Source of the DNA: Eubacteriales bacterium
GTDB taxonomy: Bacteria > Bacillota > Clostridia > Oscillospirales > UBA644
Direction: 5' to 3'
Length of the DNA stretch: 64,000 bases
NCBI GenBank assembly: GCA_045542115.1
Contig: JAZQKK010000019.1
Span: 133,362 to 197,361 of the forward strand
In this document: positions 27,983 to 36,411 of the stretch, piece after piece
Numbering within the stretch: position 1 is the stretch's first letter
How the letters are laid out: every line of letters begins with the position of its first letter
Translations under genes and position numbers: made by a program
The notes under the pieces: model-generated
Database searches by the model: none
What the model saw: the letters and a program-made list of their open reading frames with translations, nothing else
Told to the model about the DNA's origin: nothing

Positions 27983-29851
27983 TTATTCCGCTTTCGCGAA
28001 AGAGAGCGTAGCGGTGGCGACCGTGTCGGTCCGGCTTTCGCCGTTCTTGGGCGTTCCGTTAACGGTCAGCACAAAATCCACGAAATCCGCATCGGCAACG
28101 GCCTTTTCTTCTGCCGTTTCCAAAATTTCTTCCGCCGATTCGGGGGTAACGGTCAAGTCGTCATCCGCGTCGGCATCGACCACGGTCAGGGTGGCTTTCA
28201 CGCCAACGTTGGAATGGTTGACCACCGTTACCTTCAACTGATTGTCCTTCCATTCTGCCGGACGGAAGCCTTCAAAGGTGTGGTCTTGCGGATTCCAGGT
28301 CCCTTCGCTTCCACCGTCATAATCAAAGGAAACGTCATCGTTCTCCCAAGTGATATCCAGATAATAGGTGGGTTCGGCGGGGATTCTGTCACTGTAGGTC
28401 ACCGTCAAATCCGATTGGGAAATTTGCAGATAGTCCTTCACCAATTCAAACCGGACCCCATTCAAATAGGCACCACCGGAACAAGACAAGGTGACAGGAA
28501 CGTTTTCTCCGGCGGGAAGGTAGATTTCCTCTGCCGAAACAAAGAGCCAAGCGTCGCCGTAAAGTCCCTTATCGGAAGTAGATTTGTAATAGGTGGTTCT
28601 GGGACGTTGCGTGTCAAAAAGGGCCACTTCTCTTTCAGCGACGGAAAGGGAGAAGGGTTTGGCGCTATTATCCGAATTGGAAGAATAAGGAATCAGCACC
28701 TTATACACGCCGGCGGTGGGAATATCCACGTTCCACGTCACAGTCGCAAGCTGATTTCCGGCGTTAAAGCACGCTCCGTCAAAGGCGGAAAGGGTGGTGT
28801 CGTCCTGTACCAAAGAATACTCGGCTCCGGAAGCGGTATACGTATCGGCGGAAGTCAGCCATTCGGAGGCGGGCCAAAGTTGCAAATCAGCCAACATCGG
28901 AGCCCCGTTCGTGCCGTTCATCCCCAAAACCAAGGTGTTGCTTCCAGGAACCAACGTCACTTTAACGATATAATAACTCCACGTAATATCCGTGGTATCG
29001 GTTTTGTCGCCCCAGTAGTTGGTATTGCGTTTGGTGGTGACGGTCTGAGCCGCCCCGTTTACCGTTACGGTCAACATCCGCGCCGTAGAATTCCCGGTGG
29101 CATTGTTATAGTTGATGGCCAGATAATAATCGCCGGGGCGGTCTACGTCAAAGGTGTAGGTAACGGTGCGGCCGTCCCCATTGTTCCCGAAACTCCAATA
29201 AGTCACGTCGTGGGCCGTTCCCATTTTAAACCCTTGGCTCACCGCCGTTTCCGACGTGTCGGAAGGGGTTCCGTTCTCAGGCAGCAGGGTAATTGCGGTT
29301 TGCGCCGTGCCAACGGCAAAATCCTGGATGAGGGAGGCCGTCAGGTCGGAGAGCATCGGACCTTTCGCGCTTCCGTTCAAGGAAAACTTCACAACGTTTT
29401 CCCCTTCCGTAAAGGTCACGGGCACTCTTTGATAGGTCCAGACCCCCGCGACATTATCCCCCCACTTGGTAGAGTTTTTCTGGAAGGCTACTTCGGTAGC
29501 GGCGCCGCCGTTGACCGAAATATTGTAATATCGCACACTGGAATCCGCACTGTTGTAAAGAACCCACAGGTCATAGTTCCCGGCGGTTTTTACGTCAAAT
29601 GCGTAGGAAAACGCATCCCCGCTGGTGTGGTTCCCGGGGTTCACGTATTCCACCCCCGTCGGCCCCGTCCCCCGGTTGCCGGCATCGCTCATCTGGGCGT
29701 GAAGGATGGTGGCATCCATTGCACGGCTGACAAGGACGGAGGAGTCCGCATCAGCGGAACCGTCCGCAGCGGCAGACGAGAAGGGAATTGCGGCAAGCAG
29801 GCTCGTTAAGAGTGCAAGGGTCAGAATAATTGCCAAAATCGACTTTTTCAT
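27983..29851 (-). CDS. secreted protein made of three CBM6/35-like carbohydrate-binding modules + shared C-terminal domain
   Basis: Signal peptide MKKSILAIILTLALLTSLLAAIPFSSAAA. Three modules of ~140 aa with the pattern Y.F.V...G.Y.L...Y.......R...V.VNG......W....V.L..G.N...L. No catalytic motif. Confidence 0.75.
   Translation of the reverse strand: MKKSILAIILTLALLTSLLAAIPFSSAAADGSADADSSVLVSRAMDATILHAQMSDAGNRGTGPTGVEYVNPGNHTSGDAFSYAFDVKTAGNYDLWVLYNSADSSVRYYNISVNGGAATEVAFQKNSTKWGDNVAGVWTYQRVPVTFTEGENVVKFSLNGSAKGPMLSDLTASLIQDFAVGTAQTAITLLPENGTPSDTSETAVSQGFKMGTAHDVTYWSFGNNGDGRTVTYTFDVDRPGDYYLAINYNNATGNSTARMLTVTVNGAAQTVTTKRNTNYWGDKTDTTDITWSYYIVKVTLVPGSNTLVLGMNGTNGAPMLADLQLWPASEWLTSADTYTASGAEYSLVQDDTTLSAFDGACFNAGNQLATVTWNVDIPTAGVYKVLIPYSSNSDNSAKPFSLSVAEREVALFDTQRPRTTYYKSTSDKGLYGDAWLFVSAEEIYLPAGENVPVTLSCSGGAYLNGVRFELVKDYLQISQSDLTVTYSDRIPAEPTYYLDITWENDDVSFDYDGGSEGTWNPQDHTFEGFRPAEWKDNQLKVTVVNHSNVGVKATLTVVDADADDDLTVTPESAEEILETAEEKAVADADFVDFVLTVNGTPKNGESRTDTVATATLSFAKAE
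28011..28350. repeat. copy 2 of the ~340-nt near-identical repeat (3' end of the CBM-only gene)
   Basis: See 25427-25766. Flanking sequence is related only at protein level. Confidence 0.9.
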
Positions 29852-29869
29852 TTTATTCCATCTCCTTTG

Positions 29870-32800
29870 TTAATTTACAGAATCTATGGCTAATGTCAGC
29901 GTTCCCACGGGAACGGTAGTCATTGCTTGGGTAGGTGCGGGGGCAGACAGATAGACGGTGTAGCAAACTTCGTCTCCCTCCCACAGTTCCGTCGGGGCGT
30001 TTTCTTCTCCGTTGGCAAGCAACGTAACGGAATAATCGGGATACTCACCCTTGGGGGCATATCGCAACGCGACAGCAAGGTCGGTCTCGCCCACGTTTTT
30101 CACCGAAATGGAAGCGTCGGTGATTTGGTCTCCGGTACGGTGGACCCATTCGCTCTTTTCGTATTGATGGGTCTGCCCATTCCAACTTCCCTTTTCATAG
30201 GTGAAATTCATATGAGTCCAAGTCACGTCAAAGTCGCTGACCGCGGGGGCTTCTTCGACCAATTCCAGCCGCACGCCGCTCAGGTAAGCACCGCCCGACC
30301 AGGACAGGGCGACGGGAAGATTTTCCCCTGCCTTCAGGGAAAATTCTTCGGTGGTGACGAATTTCCACGCCACACCGTAGGGATTCACGCCGCTGCCGGA
30401 ACCGGTACCGGTCCGTTTTCCGGTGGTAGCCACGGTGGTTCCGTCCACCACAAGGTTGATGGGGACATCACTTCCGCCGCTGGAATAGGGAATCACGGCA
30501 CGGTAGGTCCCACTGACGGGAATCGTCACGTTCCAGGTCAACGTACCCAGAGAGTTGCCCGTATTGTAGGCGGTTCCGTCAAACGCGGAGGAAGAAGAAA
30601 GCGAAACCGCGTTTCCTCCGGCCGCCAGGTCATCTGCCCCGGTGTGGAATTCGCTTTCCGGCCACAGGTACAAGCCGGAAACAGCGGGAGACGCCTCTCC
30701 CTTCCGGGCAAGGAACAGTTCGTTGTTCCCTTCCTGCAAGGTGACCTTGACCACAAAATAGGAATTGGTTGCAAACCAAGACGTGGCATTCGCCGCGCAA
30801 GCAATCCGTTGCGCCTCTCCGTCATTGACCGAAAGGTGTAAGTAGCGGGTGCCGGTCGTGTTGTATCCCACGGCCACGTAATAGTCCCCGGCGTAGGGAG
30901 CGTTCACCGAGAAGACGAACGAGCCGTCTTTGTTGTTGTGGTCGGCAAACAGTCCGTCTCCGGATTGAATCTTGTACTCCTGGCTGACCGTCGATTCCCA
31001 CCGGACGCCGTCGGCCAAGGAGTTTACTCCGTCCACGGTCTTGATTGCGGGATAGTAGGTGGTATGTTCGACGTTGCCGATTTCCGAGGGAATAACGGTA
31101 ATGGAATGGGTGGCGGAAACGGTGTCAAACTGTCCGTCCCCTTCCAGGGTGGCTTTCAGAACCACGGTACCGGGCTGACCGGTGAGGGTCACGCGGCCAC
31201 GGACGGCATCCACCGTCGCCGGACCGGAGACCACCGAATAGGTAATCTGACCGGAAGATTGTCCCCCTTCTGCCGTTACGGCGAAGGGCTTGGAATCTAC
31301 CGTCTTTTTGGTGGGCGTGGTGTCGGAAAATTGAAATTCACTTTCAGGAATATCGTGAAAATACCAATACGCACGGTTGGTTACCAGGTTGCCGGGCAAG
31401 TAATTGCTTTCCTCGTCCATAAACAAGGTCCCCTCTTCCGAAATCGCCAAAACCATTCCGGAATCCACGTGTTTCAGATAATCGAAATGCTCGGTTTCGG
31501 TCACACGGGTCCACAGGGCATTTCTGCCGGTTTCTCCGGCGGCCATCCAGGCGGTTTGTCCGTCGGAAACCAACAGTTTTCCGGACTTGCGGTTGACCAC
31601 GTAAATCAACCCTTCCGGTGTGGTGACCAGATTCCAGGAGGCGTCGGAAGAAACGGTATCGGTTCCCATAATAACGGGAGCGAGCGCCGTAGCGGACAGA
31701 CGGGTATTGTCAACGCAAGAGGCGTCAACCACCGTGGGAGTGACGGGAGACACTTCCACCGGAATCAAGGTCAGCCCCCCAATTAGGGTTCCGCCGGTGG
31801 GAACGTGGATGACAACTTCATTGGTTCCGGGTGCCAAATAGGCTTCCGTCTCTTCATATCCCCAGGTCGCCCCGTAGTTGGGGGAAACCTTCTTCCCGGT
31901 AAAGAGGGCCTGGGTCGTGCCGTTGAGTTCCAGAGAAACTTCCCGGAGAGACCCGTTGGGGGTGGAGAAGAAGAAGGCAATGCGATAGATTCCGGCAGGT
32001 TGGTCGGAAATGTTCCAGACCACGGAACCGCCGGTGCTTCCTACGTCTATCCCCTTGCCATCGAAGGAGGAGGGGTAATCTTTTATCTTATCGTCTCCGT
32101 CGGAGTTGGGAAGGACTGCTTCCGGGGCGGTGTAAACGTCGTCCACCGGCCAGAACACCAATTCTTTCAGGTTCGCCCCCACTGCGGTGCCGGAATCAAA
32201 GGTGATTTTGTTTTCGCCGGCCTGCAAGGGCACTTGAATGATTCGATAGGACCAGAACGTTCCCCAGGCTCCGTTGGATAAGAAGGAATACTCTCCGAGT
32301 TTGGTGCCGTTGACCGAAACGGCCATCGTCTTGGCACATTCCCCGTACACGTTATCACCGTTGGCATTTTTGGACGTGGTGCCGTTGTTGTAGTTGACGG
32401 CCATATAATAGTTGCCGGCTTCGTTTGCGGTGAAGGTATATTCCGCCGTTCCGGAGGTGCCGTTAAAGTCCACGTACTTGTTTACGTAGTCGTAATCTTT
32501 GAGCACCAATCCGTCGGAAATGGTAACGTCGTTGGCGGAAACGATGTTCGACCCAAGGGAGTTGCTTCCCGTTCCTGGCCAGAACATTCCCTCATCGGTG
32601 CCGAAGATTTCTTCCATTACGAACATCGGAACGTCCTCTCCGGCCACGTAAACGGCGGCACGAACGGTGGTCTCCAATTCCACCTCAAACGCGCCCGTAT
32701 ATTTATTGGAAGATTTGTCGGGAACCGTACCGTCGGTGGTATAGTAGATTTCAAAGGTGTCTTTGGCGGGATTTCCCCGAAGAGCCAGCTGCTGAACGTC

Positions 32801-35365
32801 AATGGAGACCAAATTCGAGGTCAATTGCCGTTTTTCGCCCACAATCGAGGCAGCGGTAAACAGAATGTCGCCGGCATCCTGGGTGGGCGCGACGAAAACT
32901 TTGTTCAAGCCCATAAAGGCGTTGCGGTTGTAATTCACGTGGCTTTCCGTGTCGGTGGGAGAGCCGTTGTCGGCGGCCTTGACGTAAGCGGGGCCGGAGA
33001 CGTAATAGTAGGCGCGGTTTTCCCCGTAGGGATAGAAATTACCGTCTTTATCCACGGTAGTAACCGTCACTTGTCCTACCCAGGAGGGGTCTTGGGGAAG
33101 TTCTTCCCCGGTGGTATTTTCCAGAACGATGCCGGAAGGCGCCGAGGCAGTGACGTAAGTATCTTTCAAAACTTCCTTCCCTTCGGCGTCGTAACCGATG
33201 GCGGTCAGCGTGCCGGGGGTGTAAGGAACGTTGAAATCAAACTGGATTTCCAGATGTTCCCGTTGGTCTATCGGCCCCCGGGTCTGGGTTCCAATCAGTT
33301 CTCCGTTCAGATAGAGAGCCACCGTATCGCAATTGGAATAGACCCAAACGGGGATGACCGTTCCCTCTTCCATTGTGGGATGGGTCCAGGAGGGCAAAAT
33401 GTGAAGCACCGGCTCCTCGGTCCACATACTCTGATAGAGATAGAACATACTCTTCTCAAACAGGGCGGTATCCACAGCGCCGCTATGGAACATCCGGTAG
33501 GGCCAGCCGCCGAGAACGTAGTTGGCTTCCCCTAAGTAGTCGAATCCGGTCCAGCGGAATTCCCCGATTCGCCAATCTTCGTCTCTCGTCCGGGTCCAAT
33601 GCTCCCGAACCGAGACCTGACTGGTGGCATTGTCGTAGTCGGAAGGCCAGATGCGAGCCGCCACGGCGGAAGAAGACCAGTCGTATTTAAAAATTTCTTT
33701 TTCGGTCAGGTGGGGAATGGTGTTGCCGGAACCGGTTTCAGAAATCCGACCCCGGAACCAAGTCTGCGTCCGGTAAACGCCCCGGACCGCGTGGGTATGG
33801 GGGGCTTCGGTGGCAATGAGGGGCAATGTGGAAATGGGTTGGGTAAAGGTGGCAGGTTCGCTCTGTCCGTTTGCACCGGGAATATCAACGCCCGTGTGAA
33901 TGGCACTGCCGGTGGTGGGACGGGTGGTATCAAACTGATGAATAAAATCGCTGATGCCGGTATTGTCGTGGGAGCTTCCGGTTTCGTTCCCGATGGACCA
34001 GACCACCACGGAGGGATGGTTCCGGTCTCTCCGGACCCAATATTCGAAGTCCCGTTGCCAATATTCTTTAAACCAGCGAGTTGCGTAGTCGCCGGCAACC
34101 TTCCCCTTCTCCCCTTCGGAGAATTCATCCAGAACCATCATACCCATTTCGTTACAGAGTTGATAGAAGATGGGGGGGCAGGCGTTGTGGGCGGTGCGGA
34201 TGCAGTTGACTCCCATATTCTTCATCATCTGAATCTTATAGCGAATCATATTGTCCGACTGGGCGGCACCTACGGCGCCCAGAGCCCAGTGATTGGCAAC
34301 CCCCTTCAACTCGGTGTTGACCCCATTGAGATAAAGGCCGTTGACGTCGTAGGAAATGTGCCGGAAGCCAAACTCGGTAAAATAATCATCCAAAACCGTA
34401 TCCCCGAGAAGGATTTCGGTGTGTACGTAATACAAATTGGGAGAATCCACGCTCCACAACAGGGGATTGTCCACGTGAGCGGTCTGGGTGACGGTGAAAT
34501 CGCCCCCCGCCGCAACGGTCACGGGATTCCCGGTCACCTGAGCAACCTGAGAATCGTCAGATTTTTGATAAAGGGTGGAGCGGACGGAAACGTCCACGTC
34601 CGACGCCCCTTCGTTTTTCACCAGCGTTTCCAGGTTGACGTCCCCGTTGGGGGCTCCCTTAAATTCGCCGGGGGTGGTCACGTAGGTTCCGTTTTCCGCA
34701 ATATGTACGTCTTCCGTGGAGACGACCCAGACGTGGCTGTAAATCCCCGAGCCGGTGTACCAACGGGCGGAGGGCAACACGGAGTTGTCCACCTTCACGG
34801 CGACTGTAACGGAATCTTTGCCCTGGACCTGTTGGGTAATATCACAGGAAAAAGAAATCCAACCGTATTCCTGGCCGCCCACCTCTTCCCCGTCCACGTA
34901 GACGGTGCTGTTGGTATAGACCCCGTCAAAGGCCAGAGAGACCTTTCGTCCGTCCCGCCATTCTGCGGGGATGGAGATGGTTTTCCGGTACCAACCGATG
35001 CCGCCGGGCAGATAGCCACCGGAACCGCCGGACGCGTGGGCCTTGTCGTATTCCCCTTCAATGCCCCAGTCGTGGGGAAGGTTCAACGTCCGCCAGGCCG
35101 AATCGTCAAAGTCTTTGGCGGCCGCACCGGAAACGTCTGCTTGCATAAATTTCCAGTTCAGGTCAATCTTTGCCCGATACCGCTGTGCGGTCTTATCCAC
35201 GTTTTCAAAAGTTTCAATATATTCAAAATCATTTTGCGTTTGCTGTTTCATCGTTTTAACTTCTGCACCTTTCGTTATCATCTGTGAAATCTGTGGGAAA
35301 ATTCCACTTCCTAATAGGGCGATACACAAGACCATTGCGGTGCATAGCCAAACCCTTTTCCCCAT
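29870..35365 (-). CDS. giant secreted glycoside hydrolase family 2 enzyme with ricin-like, Big_2-like and CBM-like modules and the shared C-terminal domain
   Basis: Start moved to the ATG at 35365 (RBS AAGGAG; signal MGKRVWLCTAMVLCIALLG). GH2 motifs: NLPHDWGIEG, acid/base WSIGNETG, nucleophile region LIATEAPHTHA. Later modules: ricin-type (KLLVSDGQTAWMAA...WYFH) and Big_2-like (ITYSVVSGPATVDAVRGRVTLTG). Confidence 0.85.
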   Translation of the reverse strand: MGKRVWLCTAMVLCIALLGSGIFPQISQMITKGAEVKTMKQQTQNDFEYIETFENVDKTAQRYRAKIDLNWKFMQADVSGAAAKDFDDSAWRTLNLPHDWGIEGEYDKAHASGGSGGYLPGGIGWYRKTISIPAEWRDGRKVSLAFDGVYTNSTVYVDGEEVGGQEYGWISFSCDITQQVQGKDSVTVAVKVDNSVLPSARWYTGSGIYSHVWVVSTEDVHIAENGTYVTTPGEFKGAPNGDVNLETLVKNEGASDVDVSVRSTLYQKSDDSQVAQVTGNPVTVAAGGDFTVTQTAHVDNPLLWSVDSPNLYYVHTEILLGDTVLDDYFTEFGFRHISYDVNGLYLNGVNTELKGVANHWALGAVGAAQSDNMIRYKIQMMKNMGVNCIRTAHNACPPIFYQLCNEMGMMVLDEFSEGEKGKVAGDYATRWFKEYWQRDFEYWVRRDRNHPSVVVWSIGNETGSSHDNTGISDFIHQFDTTRPTTGSAIHTGVDIPGANGQSEPATFTQPISTLPLIATEAPHTHAVRGVYRTQTWFRGRISETGSGNTIPHLTEKEIFKYDWSSSAVAARIWPSDYDNATSQVSVREHWTRTRDEDWRIGEFRWTGFDYLGEANYVLGGWPYRMFHSGAVDTALFEKSMFYLYQSMWTEEPVLHILPSWTHPTMEEGTVIPVWVYSNCDTVALYLNGELIGTQTRGPIDQREHLEIQFDFNVPYTPGTLTAIGYDAEGKEVLKDTYVTASAPSGIVLENTTGEELPQDPSWVGQVTVTTVDKDGNFYPYGENRAYYYVSGPAYVKAADNGSPTDTESHVNYNRNAFMGLNKVFVAPTQDAGDILFTAASIVGEKRQLTSNLVSIDVQQLALRGNPAKDTFEIYYTTDGTVPDKSSNKYTGAFEVELETTVRAAVYVAGEDVPMFVMEEIFGTDEGMFWPGTGSNSLGSNIVSANDVTISDGLVLKDYDYVNKYVDFNGTSGTAEYTFTANEAGNYYMAVNYNNGTTSKNANGDNVYGECAKTMAVSVNGTKLGEYSFLSNGAWGTFWSYRIIQVPLQAGENKITFDSGTAVGANLKELVFWPVDDVYTAPEAVLPNSDGDDKIKDYPSSFDGKGIDVGSTGGSVVWNISDQPAGIYRIAFFFSTPNGSLREVSLELNGTTQALFTGKKVSPNYGATWGYEETEAYLAPGTNEVVIHVPTGGTLIGGLTLIPVEVSPVTPTVVDASCVDNTRLSATALAPVIMGTDTVSSDASWNLVTTPEGLIYVVNRKSGKLLVSDGQTAWMAAGETGRNALWTRVTETEHFDYLKHVDSGMVLAISEEGTLFMDEESNYLPGNLVTNRAYWYFHDIPESEFQFSDTTPTKKTVDSKPFAVTAEGGQSSGQITYSVVSGPATVDAVRGRVTLTGQPGTVVLKATLEGDGQFDTVSATHSITVIPSEIGNVEHTTYYPAIKTVDGVNSLADGVRWESTVSQEYKIQSGDGLFADHNNKDGSFVFSVNAPYAGDYYVAVGYNTTGTRYLHLSVNDGEAQRIACAANATSWFATNSYFVVKVTLQEGNNELFLARKGEASPAVSGLYLWPESEFHTGADDLAAGGNAVSLSSSSAFDGTAYNTGNSLGTLTWNVTIPVSGTYRAVIPYSSGGSDVPINLVVDGTTVATTGKRTGTGSGSGVNPYGVAWKFVTTEEFSLKAGENLPVALSWSGGAYLSGVRLELVEEAPAVSDFDVTWTHMNFTYEKGSWNGQTHQYEKSEWVHRTGDQITDASISVKNVGETDLAVALRYAPKGEYPDYSVTLLANGEENAPTELWEGDEVCYTVYLSAPAPTQAMTTVPVGTLTLAIDSVN

Positions 35366-35427
35366 TCCGCGGTACTCCTTTTTTGAAAATTTATCCAAAT
35401 AGGTTTTAACTTTTTAGGATATACTCC

Positions 35428-35456
35428 TTGACAATACCATTATACTATGTTATAAT
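35428..35456 (+). promoter_or_regulatory. consensus sigma-A promoter of the AraC gene at 35525
   Basis: TTGACA (35428-35433), 17 nt spacer, TATAAT (35451-35456). Confidence 0.7.
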
Positions 35457-35467
35457 CAAAATGTAAA
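35439..35467 (-). promoter_or_regulatory. divergent promoter of the GH2 operon, interdigitated with the AraC promoter
   Basis: Minus strand: TTTACA (35467-35462), 17 nt spacer, TATAAT (35444-35439). Each -10 lies inside the other promoter's spacer. Confidence 0.6.
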
Positions 35468-35472
35468 TTGAA

Positions 35473-35521
35473 AATATGGCATAAATTTTTAGAAATATGA
35501 AACTGTTTTTAAGGAATATGA
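35473..35521 (+). promoter_or_regulatory. three AATATG(A/G) direct repeats phased exactly 21 bp apart in the AraC 5' UTR
   Basis: Repeat starts at 35473, 35494 and 35515. The last overlaps the RBS (AAGGAATATGAAAGATG). Confidence 0.35.
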
Positions 35522-35524
35522 AAG

Positions 35525-36340
35525 ATGAATGTAATTGACTATGCCGAACAATTCCGAAAAACCAACGCCCCCTTTGCCGTGGACCGTACCAATCTGTCGG
35601 TTGCCTCCCGAACCACGCCGCCCATCGTTCGCGCGTTCGGATGCTGCTCAGTGGAATACGTCATTCGGGGGAAGGGAACGGTTACCGAAAACAATACGAC
35701 CTTTCACGTCAAGGCGGGGGACGTCTTTATTTTGCACAAAGGGGCGTACCATAACTATTTCCCCGACCCGGACGACCCCTGGGTCCGTATCTGGGTGCAA
35801 ATCTCAGGGCCTTCCAGCGAAGAAATTCTCCGGGCGTACGGCCTTTCCCAAGTAAATCATATTCCCAATTTCAATCTGGAAGAAGATTTGTTTAAGATTC
35901 GTTCGGTCATTCAAAACGATACCGACCTTACAACGGTGGACCGGGAAGGGCCCCGGCTTTGCCTGAAGCTGATGCAAAAGATTCACGAAGAACTTCGCCG
36001 CCGGGAACTGGTGGAGCATACCCCTTCCCTTCCGAAGCTGGTTCGGGAGCGAATCGACAATCTCCCCAACGGATACATCACCTTAGACCAACTGTCCGAA
36101 GAGTTTCATTTTTCCAAACAATATATTATCCGCCGGTTCAAAGACCGTTACGGCATCACGCCCCACGAATACATTCTCAATCGGAGAACGGGGCTGGCCC
36201 AGTCTTTGCTGAAGCGAACCGACCTTTCGGTGAAACAGATTTCAGACCAGTTGCAGTTTTGCGATATCGCCTATTTTACCGATTTCTTTCACCGCCGCAC
36301 CGGAATGACGCCTTTGGAATACCGCAAGAAGTACCGGTGA
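35525..36340 (+). CDS. AraC-family transcriptional regulator (cupin + HTH)
   Basis: Cupin-like N-terminal domain (FHVKAGDVFILHKGAYHNY) and a C-terminal double HTH ending GMTPLEYRKKYR. Confidence 0.85.
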   Translation: MNVIDYAEQFRKTNAPFAVDRTNLSVASRTTPPIVRAFGCCSVEYVIRGKGTVTENNTTFHVKAGDVFILHKGAYHNYFPDPDDPWVRIWVQISGPSSEEILRAYGLSQVNHIPNFNLEEDLFKIRSVIQNDTDLTTVDREGPRLCLKLMQKIHEELRRRELVEHTPSLPKLVRERIDNLPNGYITLDQLSEEFHFSKQYIIRRFKDRYGITPHEYILNRRTGLAQSLLKRTDLSVKQISDQLQFCDIAYFTDFFHRRTGMTPLEYRKKYR

Positions 36341-36350
36341 AAACGACATA

Positions 36351-36406
36351 AAAATTCCCCCGAAGATTTGATACGGTTGCACAAAATCTTCGGGGGATTG
36401 TTTTTT
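36351..36406. terminator. bidirectional terminator between the convergent AraC gene and the 1789-aa gene
   Basis: TCCCCCGAAGATTT ... AAATCTTCGGGGGA, a 14-bp stem flanked by A4 and T6 runs. Confidence 0.75.
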
Positions 36407-36411
36407 ATAAT

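Noticed and set aside
25427-28350. The repeated 3' gene ends as a diversity-generating retroelement (template/variable repeat pair).
   Set aside because: No reverse transcriptase is in the window. The ~7 differences are not confined to adenine positions of one copy. Both copies are in-frame C-terminal domains of expressed-looking genes. Gene conversion explains them better.
27914-29809. Very long ORFs antisense to real genes: 27914-29809 (+), 33599-35287 (+), 37045-39438 (+), 3869-5245 (-), 8007-9074 (-), 9111-10286 (-), 43991-45082 (+), 53740-55494 (+), 59501-60925 (+).
   Set aside because: Each lies opposite a gene with strong family motifs. The translations are Gly/Arg/Pro/His-rich low-information sequence, typical of the reverse strand of GC-rich coding DNA. 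They lack RBSs. The shared N-termini of 25333-25998 and 27914-29809 only mirror the 340-nt repeat.
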